A DNA stretch of 55,193 nt, the filler included, from Catajapyx aquilonaris (Eukaryota): assembly GCA_000934665.2 (NCBI GenBank). It is 4 parts of 4 records of this genome, joined end to end, with 100 filler letters (N's around TTAATTAATTAA, not from the genome) between each part and the next. Parts side by side here need not be neighbours in the genome. Positions count along the whole stretch, not along the records: positions 1 to 13,729 come from JYFJ02008006.1; 3 more parts are not named here. The stretch is one strand, 5' to 3'. Within the stretch, counting starts at the first letter, position 1, and every line of letters starts with the position of its first letter. The notes beneath the pieces are model-generated. The model had not been told where the DNA came from, did not search any database, and was given only the letters and a program-made list of their open reading frames with translations. A program made the translations under genes and the position numbers. Shown piece by piece: positions 1 through 12,114 of this stretch.

Positions 1-97
1 GCGACATAGCGAAATGAAACAACCGCTAGTATGCGGTTGGGTGGCCATAAGCTCGTCTGACGACCTCGCCGCGAGGTAGAGAAAATTTCGGTAAGGG
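1..97. mobile_element. Terminus of a DNA transposon-like repeat ending AAATTTCGGTAAGGG (CCC-type end, possibly CMC/EnSpm-like)
   Basis: The same terminal 15-mer, preceded by similar GC-rich subterminal motifs, also starts contig 3 (27652-27748). The other end is not in the window. Confidence 0.4.
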
Positions 98-1460
98 CTC
101 ATTTCGACTTGAAATGAAAAATGACTTGAATGACAAAGAGAAAAAAAATCGAGGGATTTTCCAGTTAAAAACCGCCCTCATTGGCTCATTTCCACTTAAA
201 AACTGAACAATAAAATAACCGGTTTTCCACTTTTAAAGCTCCCTTATTTCCACTTAAATTTTGACAAAAAAAAATCACCGCTTTTATCACTCAAATCCGA
301 CATTTCTACTTAAACGGAATATATTATTTAATTTAATTATGTTCATTTATCTTCATTAATTTCATTGCGGTATATTCGTTATTTTTTATTTATTCTGGTA
401 TTCAATTGTATTTATATTCATGAATTTAACCAGTAATTTAATTAATTGTACGTATTCATGAATTTAATCAGTCATGTAATTAATTGTACGTACCCGGTAT
501 TCATTAATTTAATCAGTAATTTAATCAATTGTACGTATTCATGAATTTAATCAGTCATTTATTGGCATTCATATTTATATTCATTAATTTAATGACAGTT
601 ATTTATTTGATTGTCTACATTAATTAATTTAATTACAATATTAAGTCCTTTCCGCCCATTTTTCCAAATGCGATAATAAGCGCCCCCTATAAAATTAATT
701 GCACCAGATTAGTGTCCCCTCCACTCCAGGGCTCAATTAGCCTCGAAGTCAAGGGCTTCTCCACGCCCTGGCGATGTGTCAACAGCACGGTCAGGTCAAC
801 AGTAAGTTGTTGTTCAGCCTCCCTTTCTTTTGTTTCGTCATTCCCGCCCCTGGGTTGCCAGGAGTATCTCCCGAGGGTAGGAGAAGTAGAGGGATGTCCT
901 TGGGGAAGGAGGACAAGAGAATGGTTGGAAGGGGCTTGCAACGCTGCTGGGGTGGCGTTGGGGGAGGGAGAGGGAAGCCAGAAGCCACTCAAGCCAGAAG
1001 CAGCTGCATATTATTTCTGGCCATCGAGGCCAATGACTTGTTGCTTTTTGGCTGAGTTTGGTTGGGTGTGGCCTGGCTGCTGGATGGATGCAGAAGGAAG
1101 CCGGGGCCGGACCAGGGGCGGAAGAGCATGGCCAGGAGACAGGTTCGTGTATGCATACTTGTGTGTGTTGGGGGGGCAGTTTTGCAGTAGCTATTTTTTC
1201 TGCAAAAATTTGACCAAAGTTGCTCTTGTGCATGCTTATCACGGTCTGGTGCGATGTAACATTGTGGCATTTATTTTCAGAATGGATGTGACCTGAGCCA
1301 CTGCAGTGGTCGACCAAAACTGATCTGCTGTGGTCATCATCGACACCATTGGGACACCAGTTGCGGCCAGTGTTGTTCTGCTAACTGGCCAGGCGGTAAA
1401 TACAGTGCTAATTCCACTCGTTTGCATGGGAGAAAATTATGGATAATTATTCCACTTAAG
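98..1460. repeat. Degenerate duplicated block, copy 1 (CCACTTAA-rich segment, AT-rich ~39-bp tandem repeats, GC-rich segment)
   Basis: Colinear with 2560-3686. Shared strings include GGGTTGCCA.GAGTAT, ACCAGGGGCGGAAG, GGCATGGCCAGG-like, ATGGATGTGACCTGAGCCAC, GCTAATTCCACTCGTTTGCA and GGGAGAAAA(A)TTATGGATAATT. Confidence 0.75.
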
Positions 1461-1534
1461 GTCTATTTACGCCCTATGATTACGCCTCTGTTGCATGACC
1501 AGACCCTTTGTGACGGACAAAAGTTGGATCCCCT

Positions 1535-1906
1535 ATTAACAATTTGGTCTCCATTGCAGGACTACAATAACGCAAGTAAAGCAAGCAGTTTTCTAGTCTA
1601 GCTAATAAAACGATAGGCTAAAGGCCTGTTTGCACCCCGATGATTTGAGCCTCGATCACACAACCAGATGCCTGGCAACCGACTGGGTCTGGTCGAAATG
1701 ACTGGAGGAATGTGACCGCTTCAATTTTAGTCCGTTTGGTCGCCTCGAGTCGTTCTGACCTGACCCAGTCGGTTGCCAGGTGCGATCGAGGCTCAAATCA
1801 TGGGGGTGTAAACAGGCCTTTAGCCTATCGTTTCATTAGCTTGACTAGAAAACTGCTTGCTTTACTTGCGTTATTGTAGTCCTGCAATGGAGACCAAATT
1901 GTTAAT
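1535..1906. mobile_element. Foldback (palindromic) MITE-like element
   Basis: ATTAACAATTTGGTCTCCATTGCAGGACTACAATAACGC... at 1535 is the reverse complement of ...GCGTTATTGTAGTCCTGCAATGGAGACCAAATTGTTAAT ending at 1906. The arms pair over most of the element. Confidence 0.75.
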
Positions 1907-2559
1907 TGCTTCGGACCTAGCCAGTGATTATGCCCGTCCTACAACCGTCTGCATACTCCCCTGTGCGGGCACAGTAAATTCTTAATCCTGCGGTGCTTTT
2001 ACAGATGGGAAGTAGAGTCTTTGAGGCACCTACCTATACTTCTTTTGGTAGTGTCAAAAAGTGATGCAACTGGCGGGCTGAGTAAACGGAAGAAAGGCGG
2101 GTCGCTTGTTGATAACTGCTATCGGTGATATCAGAAGTGACTCAAATACTTTGAACATCCTGTATAACTCGGGAGGCTTTCGATATATGCCAATTGCTCT
2201 CATTCAAATAATGGGTATGCCCTTAGTTTTAAAGCAACCAGATCAATATTGTAGTAACGTTTAAAAGGTTATACATTTCTACACATGCCCGTAATAGGTG
2301 GTGTGACAGCTGAGAAATTAATTTAAATCTGAATCGCTCCTTTTTTGATAACGAGCTCGGCAGTAAAAATGCAGTATAGCAAAGTGAGCCTACCAAATGC
2401 ATTTGCATATGTGCGTTTCTGTACTGAGCGACTGGTGATGGAGCGGATGGGTGTCGGTGGAGCAGGGAGATGGGTTGAGGTGTCCGGAGAGATGGTGCTT
2501 GAAGTTTGCTTTCCACCCAATACATAATCAAAGTTAACTCGGATGTCAATCTCCGATTT

Positions 2560-3686
2560 TATCCAGCTTAAAAACCACTCATTTCAACAATGGAACAAAA
2601 TCACTGTTTCTTCCACTTAACCGTCCCAAGAACCGCCCTCATTTCGACTTAAAAATTGAGACGAAAAATCACCAGTTATTCACTTTAAAAACCGCCCTTA
2701 TTTCCGCTTAAAATGGGACAAAAAATCAGATTTTGTTCACTTAACTGACATTTACACTTAAACGTTTGACAAAAATAACCGGCTTTCCACTAACCGGCCT
2801 CATTTCGACTTTAAGAAACGGTCAGAGGAAAAACTGTATGTACAAGTATTTAATTTGATTACGCTGTATTGAATTATATTTATTAAATCATATTTATTAG
2901 TACATTAATTATATCAGGCAATTTTTAACAGTGCCATGAGTCATTTTTGTGCCCTCCTTGCAGCCTTCCCCTCCACTCCATTAGCCACATTAGCCTCCAG
3001 TCAAGGGTCGTGTCACTTCCTGCCAGACATTCAACAGGCTGCAGCTGCAAACAGCAGTGCGTCACCTTCCTCTCCTCCTCTCCAGGGTTGCCAAGAGTAT
3101 TTCCCTAGCCATGGAGAGAGACTTGGGGAAGGAGGCAATAAAGAGGATGGTTGGTGGAAGGAATGGCAACGCTGCTGGGTTTGGGATGTGGCAGGAAAAG
3201 CTGCCTGCTGCACCTGCACCTGCACCTGCACCTGCTGACGTGGCACCTGGTTAGGCTGAGTTTGGGTGTGGCACTCCATGGACAAGGAAGCGGGACCAGG
3301 GGCGGAAGCAGGGGCAGGGCATGGCCAGGGGACAGGTTGGTTGGTGCACGTACACTACTGGGGGGGCACAGTTCTGGGCTGCTGATTTGCAGAATTTTGG
3401 CCAAATTTGGCAAGTTTCTCTTGTCCTGTGCCTGCTCATGAGGGCGTGTCTGGAGTGGTTATTCATTGTGGCTTTGATTTTCAGCATGGATGTGACCTGA
3501 GCCACCGGAGGGGTCGACCGAAATGGAGAGGTTGCTGTGTGCACAGTGGATACCATCGGGGCAGCTTCCAGTTGCGGCCGCTGGTGTGCTAACTGGCCAG
3601 GTGGTAGGTACTGGTGGGCTAATTCCACTCGTTTGCAGGGCATGTCTTGAAGGGAGAAAATTATGGATAATTTTTCTACTTACCCC
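2560..3686. repeat. Degenerate duplicated block, copy 2
   Basis: Colinear with 98-1460; includes a (CACCTG)n expansion at about 3210-3235. Confidence 0.7.
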
Positions 3687-3690
3687 TTAA

Positions 3691-4195
3691 CCCTTAACTA
3701 CGTAGGTGGAGCCTGAGAGGCTCCAACCAGTATTTAAACGCATTGAACGCATTTTTCCCTTGTCCTTCCCTGACTTCGTCACAAAAACCTTCCTAAGCAT
3801 GAAAAGAAGGAAAAAATTTTTTAGTCGCCATTGTTTGGCTGAAAAAAATTCGTAACGAGGAACAGGTCCCACCTTGGAGCTGCTCAGACTCCACCTACGT
3901 AGTAAAAGGTGCTGTGTTTTCCCTATTCACACGCTCTCCACGGAGATAGGGAAAAAAACAGCACCCTTTACTACGTAGGTGGAGTCTGAGCAGCTCCAGG
4001 TGGGACCTGTTCCTCGTTACGAATTTTTTTCTGTCGGAATATGCTGACTCAGCATGTGATTTTTACGTTTTCGGAAGCCTAATTATCTGAACTGCACTTT
4101 CTGTATGTGAAAAGTCCAATATAACAATTGAGCTGATAAGCAGAGATTTAAATATACCGTTGGAGCCGCTCAGGCCCCACCTACATAGTTAAGGG
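3691..4195. mobile_element. piggyBac-like non-autonomous element (MITE)
   Basis: TTAA on both sides (3687-3690, 4196-4199), CCCT...AGGG termini, 37-bp TIRs with 3 mismatches, and an internal palindrome at about 3846-4030. Confidence 0.8.
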
Positions 4196-7100
4196 TTAAG
4201 GACCACACGCAGTTTTCATTTAAAAAATAAATTTGACTTGCTAGCACTAAAGCCATTCTTCCCCGCTAAATTAGGCCTGTATTCTCATGTGTATGTGTAA
4301 AAAAAAAAGTGAGCTCCTGTGACCATGAGTCGAGTCATAAGGGACTTGAGACTCCGTTATCGCAGCTTCATAGCCTTCCAGCTCGATGTCGTAAGTAATG
4401 GCTTATAACATGAACCCCCCTGACGTGAATTCGTGATCAGATCGATCCCCTTCGGACACTATTGGTCGATATGTCATGTAATCACTTGAGATATAGGTTA
4501 GTTTTCGACACATGTACCACATGTGCAAATTTTAGGCTCATGGAACTCGCAATTCCAGTTTTTGGAGGGCTTAGAGCAACAAGTGCCTAAGTGCCTCATG
4601 AAAACCGTTGCAATATAGAGCCTTTTCGATTGATCATTTATATTTTTATTAGTGTCATATGCACACTTTATAAAATACCATTTGTTGTGATGTGCTGTGA
4701 TGTGTTCTCTAAAAAATTATGTACATTGGCTATGACGTAGGGTATTGGTACCCCAGGGACGCTTCCTAGCAGCATAACAGTACTGGTAACTCCGTAATTT
4801 TTTTTTTCTACTGATGTCAAAGTTATTCATCGGATCGAAGAAGGTATGTCTGAGGAATATAGGCCTGCCATTTTAAATTTCATGCCAAATTTATTAATTG
4901 CGATGGTATTAACTACATTGTGGGGTCCAAAAAGACCTCACCTTGGTGGTTAAGGGTTAAGGTCCAACAATAAGAACGTAAAAAAAAGAGGCTGAGGATC
5001 GGGTTAAGGTTCACTGCTGCAGTGTCCGATACAATGCAGCATTGCCTTATATTAACTTTCGTAAGCTGAAATAACCCATGAAAACATTTTGGGCTTGAAT
5101 CTAGTAATTATTGGCATCATTTAGTTACACCATGATGAAAAACAAGGCACGACAAATTACGTAATTAGAAAAAAACCCAATGACATGGCAGCCATCATTG
5201 ATATAGATAACAGCAATAAGTTCATGGTATAATTTCTAAATTGCGCGATTTACTTCCTAAACTGTAATGAATGGTTATGAATTTCTTTACGCTCATTGGG
5301 CCGATAGTGAATGACTATGAAACACGAATGTAACGTTTCTGGACTTTCAATTTGGCACGTTACAGCTGATTCATTGGAAGAATTAATGAAATAATATAAT
5401 GAATGTCCCCCCCCCATGGCCAATTGTCAATGGTTGGCTTTGGTGACCTTGGCGGTGAGGGAAAAAAGACTACTGACTCATCCAGATGTGGCTATGACGA
5501 GGCATTGTGACTGGGAGCCAGTGTGAGAATGTACCGGGAAAATACCTAAACAAAGTTAACTCAGATGTCAATCTAAGTAATGATTTTGGGGAAAGATTGT
5601 GATTAGCAGAGTGCCTTACAGCAAGTTCTAATACCACATTGTTTTCAGGTTATGCCATCATCATTGTGACCAGCTTGGGGCAAGAAATCTACTGCCTTGT
5701 ACTGCTGTTGTGAACCAAGGTTAAGACCACTCATGAGTCACCTGCGGATCATCGGGCAACATGATGCGGTGGACATTTGCTCTGTGTTGTGCAGGTGAGA
5801 ATTGGTTTAATCCTGCATTTCTGTTTCAGCTTTTGAATCCCCGTTTGCCATGAACTTATGGGTACCTTTGAAAACAAAACATGTCGGATAGGGGGAGATG
5901 AGGTAATAAGATTCTTTTGTTTGAGTGGAATTATTTTTTTTAAATCTAAAAGGTACAAAGATCCAGTAAGCCATTCCTAATGAGAATCAGAAATACTGGG
6001 CACTTCATAGCTTGAATTGATGATTCCGTTTGGCATAAGGTTAGTTACTGATGCTTATGATAACCATTAAAAGTAACTGCTAAAAATAAGTAGTTTAGGA
6101 CCAACAAATGGCCATCGTAGTTGGACAACTACGTTGGATAATGTCATGCAGATTAACACAAGTTCTTATAATAGGCCGGTAGCCTGAGTTGCTTTTCTTC
6201 TTCAAACTCAAACAAATCATAATTTTGAGTGAGATTATTCCTGATGTAACATTGCATTAAAAGGTGAAACTGGTTACATCCCCAAGTGAGGGGTTTGGAT
6301 TTGAAAATTGGGAATTTGCAGTTTTTCATATTTAACAAGTTCACAGCGGAAAACTTTGCAGTTGATGCTAAATTTTTTATAGCAGTGTTGGATTTTCCGA
6401 GTAGCTTATTGTTCACTAGAAATAATATTTTATGAAACTGTTAATTGTGCAGTTCTGGTTGCACAGTGTTGTTTCCTGTATAAATGGTCAGTATAAAGAA
6501 AACCAGTAATGCACACACATTGACTAGGTAAATGTTGATTCAACAAGGAAAGCAAAAAAATATGCCTATATTTCCCCGTCGACATCATCATTCATAAGTT
6601 CTCAAAGTATTACAAACAATAAATAACTCATAACACTAATCAATATTCGAAAATTAAATACTAATCATATTCACAACATGAAGGTGCAGCCATTATTTCC
6701 TGAGTTAAAATTCAAACACCTGTATCTTAAAAAGCTGAAGCAATATTTGAGCAGGTTTGAACTTGCATCGTTAGCTGCCAGGGCTCTCCTGAAGCCCCCG
6801 TGACTACTTCCAGCTCTTTAGCAGGAGAAGAACCAGAGCAAAAAAATTAAAATATAACAACCGTGCAGGTGTCCCCTATAGGGGATACTCCGCGTATCTG
6901 GGTTAATGGTCTTACATCTTGCCGCCGAAATGATAAATTTTGCCATTTTCAAATGCCTGTAAAATTAAAAGGGCTTGGAAGCAACAGGATGGATTTTTTT
7001 TTTCATGGACGCTGACTGGGAGGGGATCCAGCCCAGCCGTGTTAAAATAAATTCAGGGGTTACAAGCCCTTGTAGCCGATTTTTAGGTCAGAAATGGTAG

Positions 7101-8043
7101 AAATTCCGAAATTTGCGTACTTCAAGGTCAAATATCTCAAAAAGTGGTATTTTAAAAAATGCGAAATTTTGACCATGCATGCTCCTACTAGTCCTTAGTA
7201 AAAAACCGTGAATAAAACCTTGGCGGTTTCACTTTTTTGCCGACTCACCGTGAAGGGGCCCAATTCCTGTAGCCACTAAGGGCAAAAGTCGCGTGCAGGT
7301 CCTGCATCCATCCCTGCTGGGTTAATGTGTAATTAATAGTAATTTGTACTGCCTCGTGCAGAAGTTTTTCAAAAGAGGAAGGCATTTTTAAACAGCTAGG
7401 GCTTGCTTGCTATGGAAGACACAATGACTATTGTTGCACTCCTTGGAATTAAAAAAAAAATTCAGGTGATAGCTGTCTGGCCAGTCGTTGCCTTAGCTCC
7501 AGCTGTGCATACTCTTGTACATTGATGCAGTTGTTTTGTGAAATTCTATTTGCTGTGAAAAATTCATCCAATGACTTCCAATGGACAAAAACGTGAGGTG
7601 CTGTTTGGTTCAAGGATCAGTTCAAGGCCAGGGCTGGTGGACTAGTGTTATTTATTTTATTTTTTAAATTGTCCTGTTATTCTCAGTGCTTCCAATAGGA
7701 GTCCTTTGCAGAGCTTCGCGGAGCCCAGTTTTGGAACCACTGCTCTAAGCTGTTAGTACTTTTAGTACCTTGTTGTGCCCCGATCCAGGTGCCCCCATTA
7801 CTCGCAGGTGGTCGAATGTAGAAGTTGCTACAGAATAGGGCACCTAGTGAGGGGCGCAACAAGCTACAAAAAATAACAGCTTCAAGCAAAATTTCCTACA
7901 TGTAATATGACCTACGAACTTATAATGCCCTGTATAGTGGGCCTGCACAGGCACAACTTGAGTTTCATTTTTTCATAATAGATTGGTTAAACTGACCAAA
8001 AAACTCTATATGCGCTGAAGCCAGTTTTACAACATATCCATGC

Positions 8044-8805
8044 CAGGGAGCATATACTACACTGCTGGACATATTAGCCGTCGCTGAATGTTTTTTTCCG
8101 GCGGCATTACCTGGCAACCCTGTCCGGCAGGCCAATTCAAACATCAGCCCATGGAGACTGCTTCCATTGTTGCCACTGTTTACAAATCGAGTGAGTGACG
8201 CGGACGACCCAGCGACGAGTATCTTCTGCCTGCGCACTCACTCGATCGATTTGTAAACAGTGGCAACAATGGAAGCGCTCTTCATGGGCTGATGTTTGAA
8301 TTGGCCCGCCGGACGGGGTTGCCAGGTAACGCCGCCTCCGCCGGAAAAAAACATTCAGCGACGGCTAATATGTCTAGCACTGTACATAAGAGGCGCAAAC
8401 ATTCGATTTTTGCGTCTCTCTGTTTATAGGGCGTTGCCAAGGCTGGCGCCCATTTTGAAGTGTGTGGTATGCCAACGAGGTATAAATAGGGTACAGGCAG
8501 GCCGTCAAGGTCCGCCATCTTTGATGGTTTTGGCTGCCATGGCAATACACGGCAATAACAATTTACTTCCCCATTTTCCAATATCGAATTCAAATTCGCG
8601 CGTGTTCTTGCCGTGTAGTTGCCATGGCCGCCAAAACCATCGAAGATGGCAGATCCTATTTTTGCCTGTACCCTATTTATACCTCGTTGGCTTACCACAC
8701 ACTTCAAAATGGCCGCCAGCCTTGGCAACGCCCTATAAACAGAGAGACGCGAACATCAAAGACACCGACAGAAGTTTGCGCCTCTTATGTAGTATATGCT
8801 CCCTG
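8044..8805. mobile_element. Palindromic MITE, P-element-like (family B), with a second MITE nested in its left TIR
   Basis: TIR CAGGGAGCATATACTACATAAGAGGCGCAAAC and a perfect 7-bp TSD TCCATGC (8037-8043 and 8806-8812). CA...TG ends with a 7-bp TSD fit the P superfamily. Other copies at about 43943-44219 and 50118-50468. Confidence 0.75.
8060..8382. mobile_element. Palindromic Tc1/mariner-type MITE (family A)
   Basis: TA flanks (8058-59, 8383-84), ends CA(C/G)TGCTGGACATA...TATGTCTAGCACTG, long inverted arms. The right arm recurs at 41472-41624. Confidence 0.75.
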
Positions 8806-9141
8806 TCCATGCATTACGCACAGTGGAACTGCTATAGGTCAAATCTCAAAGGAAAATTTTTCGAGATATGGATTTATGTTGGAGAAGTTTGAAAAATATT
8901 GCAGGACAAAAATTTGTAAGAGACATGGACATCAAATACACACAGCTTCATATGGTATAAAATAGATTCCCTTTTTAATGTTAAATCATTTAATGGAGAA
9001 AAATAATCTGTGATAGATACTTACAGCAGCATGTACTATGATTTTGCCCTGAACATATGGTTTCATAGTCATGAGAAATTCAGTCGTGTCACCTGGTGTT
9101 CCCACTGGCAATTCAACCCATGTGTATGGATCTGCTTTTAA

Positions 9142-10285
9142 GGGGGCACTACAGTCAAAATCAAGGGTTTTGTAAAAAATAGCCCAAAAAAACCATTTGA
9201 GACAAGAAGTTGGGACTTCATTTTCAAGAGTGTACATAAGTTAAAGACCTATTAGCGCCTATAATCGAATCACGTTCGTGTGTCGAAGGGCCTCCAGGGC
9301 CGAGTGACGTCACGCCACTGTGTATCACGATTTAGGACGCTGGAGTCAACCTACAACCATCAGATTGGACCTCAGGCTTCCTTGAGCATGTAGTTTTCCA
9401 TTGACCTAGAATTATAATTTTTGAAATCGTTTTAGTATTATTTTTTTTGACGATTTCAGAAAGATCACTCAGTTTTGAGAAAACATTTAATTAATAATAA
9501 TAATAATAATTCATACCCCGTTATCAGCCATCGGCTCTTTAGAGGGGAAGTTTGTTTTGCCTGGAACTCTTTGCTTTTTCGTTTTACTGTGCTCTTTGGG
9601 ATAGGATAGGGACGGAAGGAAGCGGCTGTGGCCTATTAATAACGGAAACAACTCCGGAATTTCCCTGGAAGGACCGTGGGAAACCACAGAAAACCACGGT
9701 CAGAGTTGCCGGCCCCGGGATTCGAACCCAGGACCTCCCGATTAGCAGTCGGACGCCTTATCCACTGCTTAACCTGCTTCGGTACATTTAATTAATTTAA
9801 TATAGAAGTAGTTCGAGCAGGCTAAATCTTTTAGGCCACTGGATAGCGCCATGTTTGAGGATAAATCTGGTGAAGTGGGAAGTCCGTAGCTAAATTTTTG
9901 TGGCCTGGGCAATGTCGACAGTGTCCAAATCCGGCAAACGGAGAAAAACGCGTATAAAGTTAAAAGTAGGGTAACGTAACAGAGCGATAATGCTATTTAA
10001 AAAAAAAAAAAAAACGTTAGTGTCACACATACGCACTGTTGACAGCAGGGCCGGCGTAGTGCCTCCGCGTCCACGCGGGAGCAGCACCTGATGGCGCTCA
10101 TGCCAGCGGGTAGGTGGGGAGAGGAGGGGGAACCGAAGGTTGTTGCCAGGCATCCGCTCCCAACGCGCTAATTTTTTGAATTTCGGGACACGGTTTGCTG
10201 CGTTCAACGCAGGAAAAGACGCTTGATTTTTTTCAAAAATAAAAATAAAACCGAACTTTTGAAGGTCGATGACTGTAGTGCCCCC
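9142..10285. mobile_element. Kolobok-type non-autonomous DNA transposon
   Basis: TTAA TSD (9138-9141, 10286-10289) and perfect 16-bp TIR GGGGGCACTACAGTCA with purine-rich termini. Contains a nested SINE. Confidence 0.7.
9496..9783 (-). mobile_element. tRNA-derived SINE
   Basis: Minus-strand head with A-box-like AGCAGTGG, anticodon-like stem-loop TCCGA-CTGCTAA-TCGGG and B box GGTTCGAATCC; (TTA)n tail; 13-bp TSD ACATTTAATTAAT (9483-9495, 9784-9796). Confidence 0.85.
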
Positions 10286-11078
10286 TTAATCCTCTGACAG
10301 TGCACAAGAAAAACCTACCTGAATCCGGAACAAACTTCGCCTTGTGCAAACTAGAAAAAGTTAATAAGTGTCATATTAAATTATTCTGACCATTTGGGTT
10401 ATATTTGTCGAGGTGTAAACACTATTTAGGAGCGTTAATTTCCATTACCTTTTTTTACGTTCCAACAAACCAATGCCATAGTTTTCTGTCATTCTCAGAA
10501 CTTTGCTGTTAAGATATCCACGTTATAAAAGTTCACTATTATTAACTATAATACTGTACTATCATAAAGCCTGCTGTTAAAAATGCATAAATGACATTAA
10601 AATAACTGCTTACTGATAAACTTTGGTATAGAATAATTATTTGTGCGGGATTTGTGTGCAACAGCTGACTGACCTTGATGTTTTTTTTCTCATTACTACC
10701 TGCTTGTTTCATAACTGCCGAGCAAGAATATAGTTATGCAAATTACAAATAGAGGATAGAGATGGAATATTTGTATGCATGTGTCATTCAAAAATCTCTC
10801 AGTTGATTTTATTAAATCCTAATTTAAATTTTAGATTAAAATCTTTATCAACGTAACGGTGTTCATTGTCTTCAATGGATCCTAAGTAGTAGCTCATCTA
10901 TCGGGAAAATTACATTTGATCTCTCCAATTTGTTTCTAGTCCCAATCAGAAAATATGACTGGCCTGCATGTTGGTAACATGCTGGCTCATTACAGCAGAA
11001 CATGTCAATTTCATTTTGCTGTAAACATTCCATGTACTATCTCCTGAAGTAAGTTCAGGTTTGTGGTTAAAGTTTGTA

Positions 11079-11849
11079 CCGTATTACCTCACCTAAAGCG
11101 GCATGCCAGTGTAGTCAAGATCGACCAGATTTTAGAAATCCACGATCTGGTGGCTATACCGGCCTGCTGGTCTCAGCGAGGTATGCCGGTATAAGGCGAG
11201 GTTTTCTTACAATCTCTATGAAAATTATTATTACTCAAAGGAATGCATTACACCATGTTCTACAGTACAGATGCAGTCCAGGACACTTCGATCGCCTGAC
11301 ACATCCCATAAGATCGTTCGCTAAGTTCAAATTTCACGGAAACATTTTCAATTAAAAGTGCAAGGCTGCAAGAAGGGAAGCATACCTACCAGGATATTTC
11401 ATACGTTTGGTTTGAATTTTATTATCTGAGTGACGAGGCCTCTCAGACAAATACCACTACGCAAAGTGATCCTCTGATTGCCATTGAGATCTGCGACCAG
11501 CGAACTATTGATAGCAAAACGAATGACTGAAGGAATTTGCCTTGATCTTTTGCAGTACTTTGTAATATTTAGGGGGGTTCCCCTCTCAGAGCAAGCTGAA
11601 TATGGGATTGGTCACACTCTATGCCCTGTGTAACAGATGAACTTGCAATTCTCACAGCATGTACTTGCACTTTTTTCACCGTAACACTATTTTAGTACAC
11701 TATCAGATGCATTGAAAAAAATTTGACAAGGATCAAAATTATATAAATCTACCTCGGTTATTGCGGCATACCGGCCACCCCCGGGTTATACCGGCATGCT
11801 GGTCGACCTCGTTTTATACTGGCATGCCGCTTTAAGTGAGGTAATGTGG
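11079..11849. mobile_element. pogo/Tigger-type MITE
   Basis: TA flanks; imperfect TIRs CCGTATTACCTCACCTAAAGCGGCATGCCAG / CTGGCATGCCGCTTTAAGTGAGGTAATGTGG. Confidence 0.75.
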
Positions 11850-12114
11850 TAATGCTTCAAAAATTTATTCCGTACATCACTGATTAAAGTTTGACAGCGG
11901 CACTAATGTCACCTGATATAGACACGGCATTCTGAGGTTTGACAGATGCCCATGTGGGCTGGAAACCAGTACTACAAAACTGAGCACTTATTTTTTTACA
12001 TCACTGGAACTGCTAGGCCTTATGATTTCAGTAACAAATCACATTGATTAGACATGCAAAAGAGACTTTGCATGCCTTTGAATTTTCTTAAGTAAACATA
12101 TGCAGTCACAGATA

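Noticed and set aside
687..1317. 194-aa plus-strand ORF and overlapping ORFs
   Set aside because: No recognisable domain, and the frames are not conserved in the duplicate copy.
7684..7742. Tiny CAGTG...CACTG hAT-like element
   Set aside because: Only 59 bp with no matching 8-bp TSD; too weak to call.
7965..8965. ORFs of 90-198 aa, and similar ones at 41416-41747, 43883-44247 and 50101-50457
   Set aside because: Chance translations of palindromic MITE arms.
9710..9783. tRNA gene (GCT anticodon loop), likewise about 40195-40270 and 40895-40970
   Set aside because: Poor acceptor stem, no Ser variable arm, and continuity with a SINE body, tail and TSDs.
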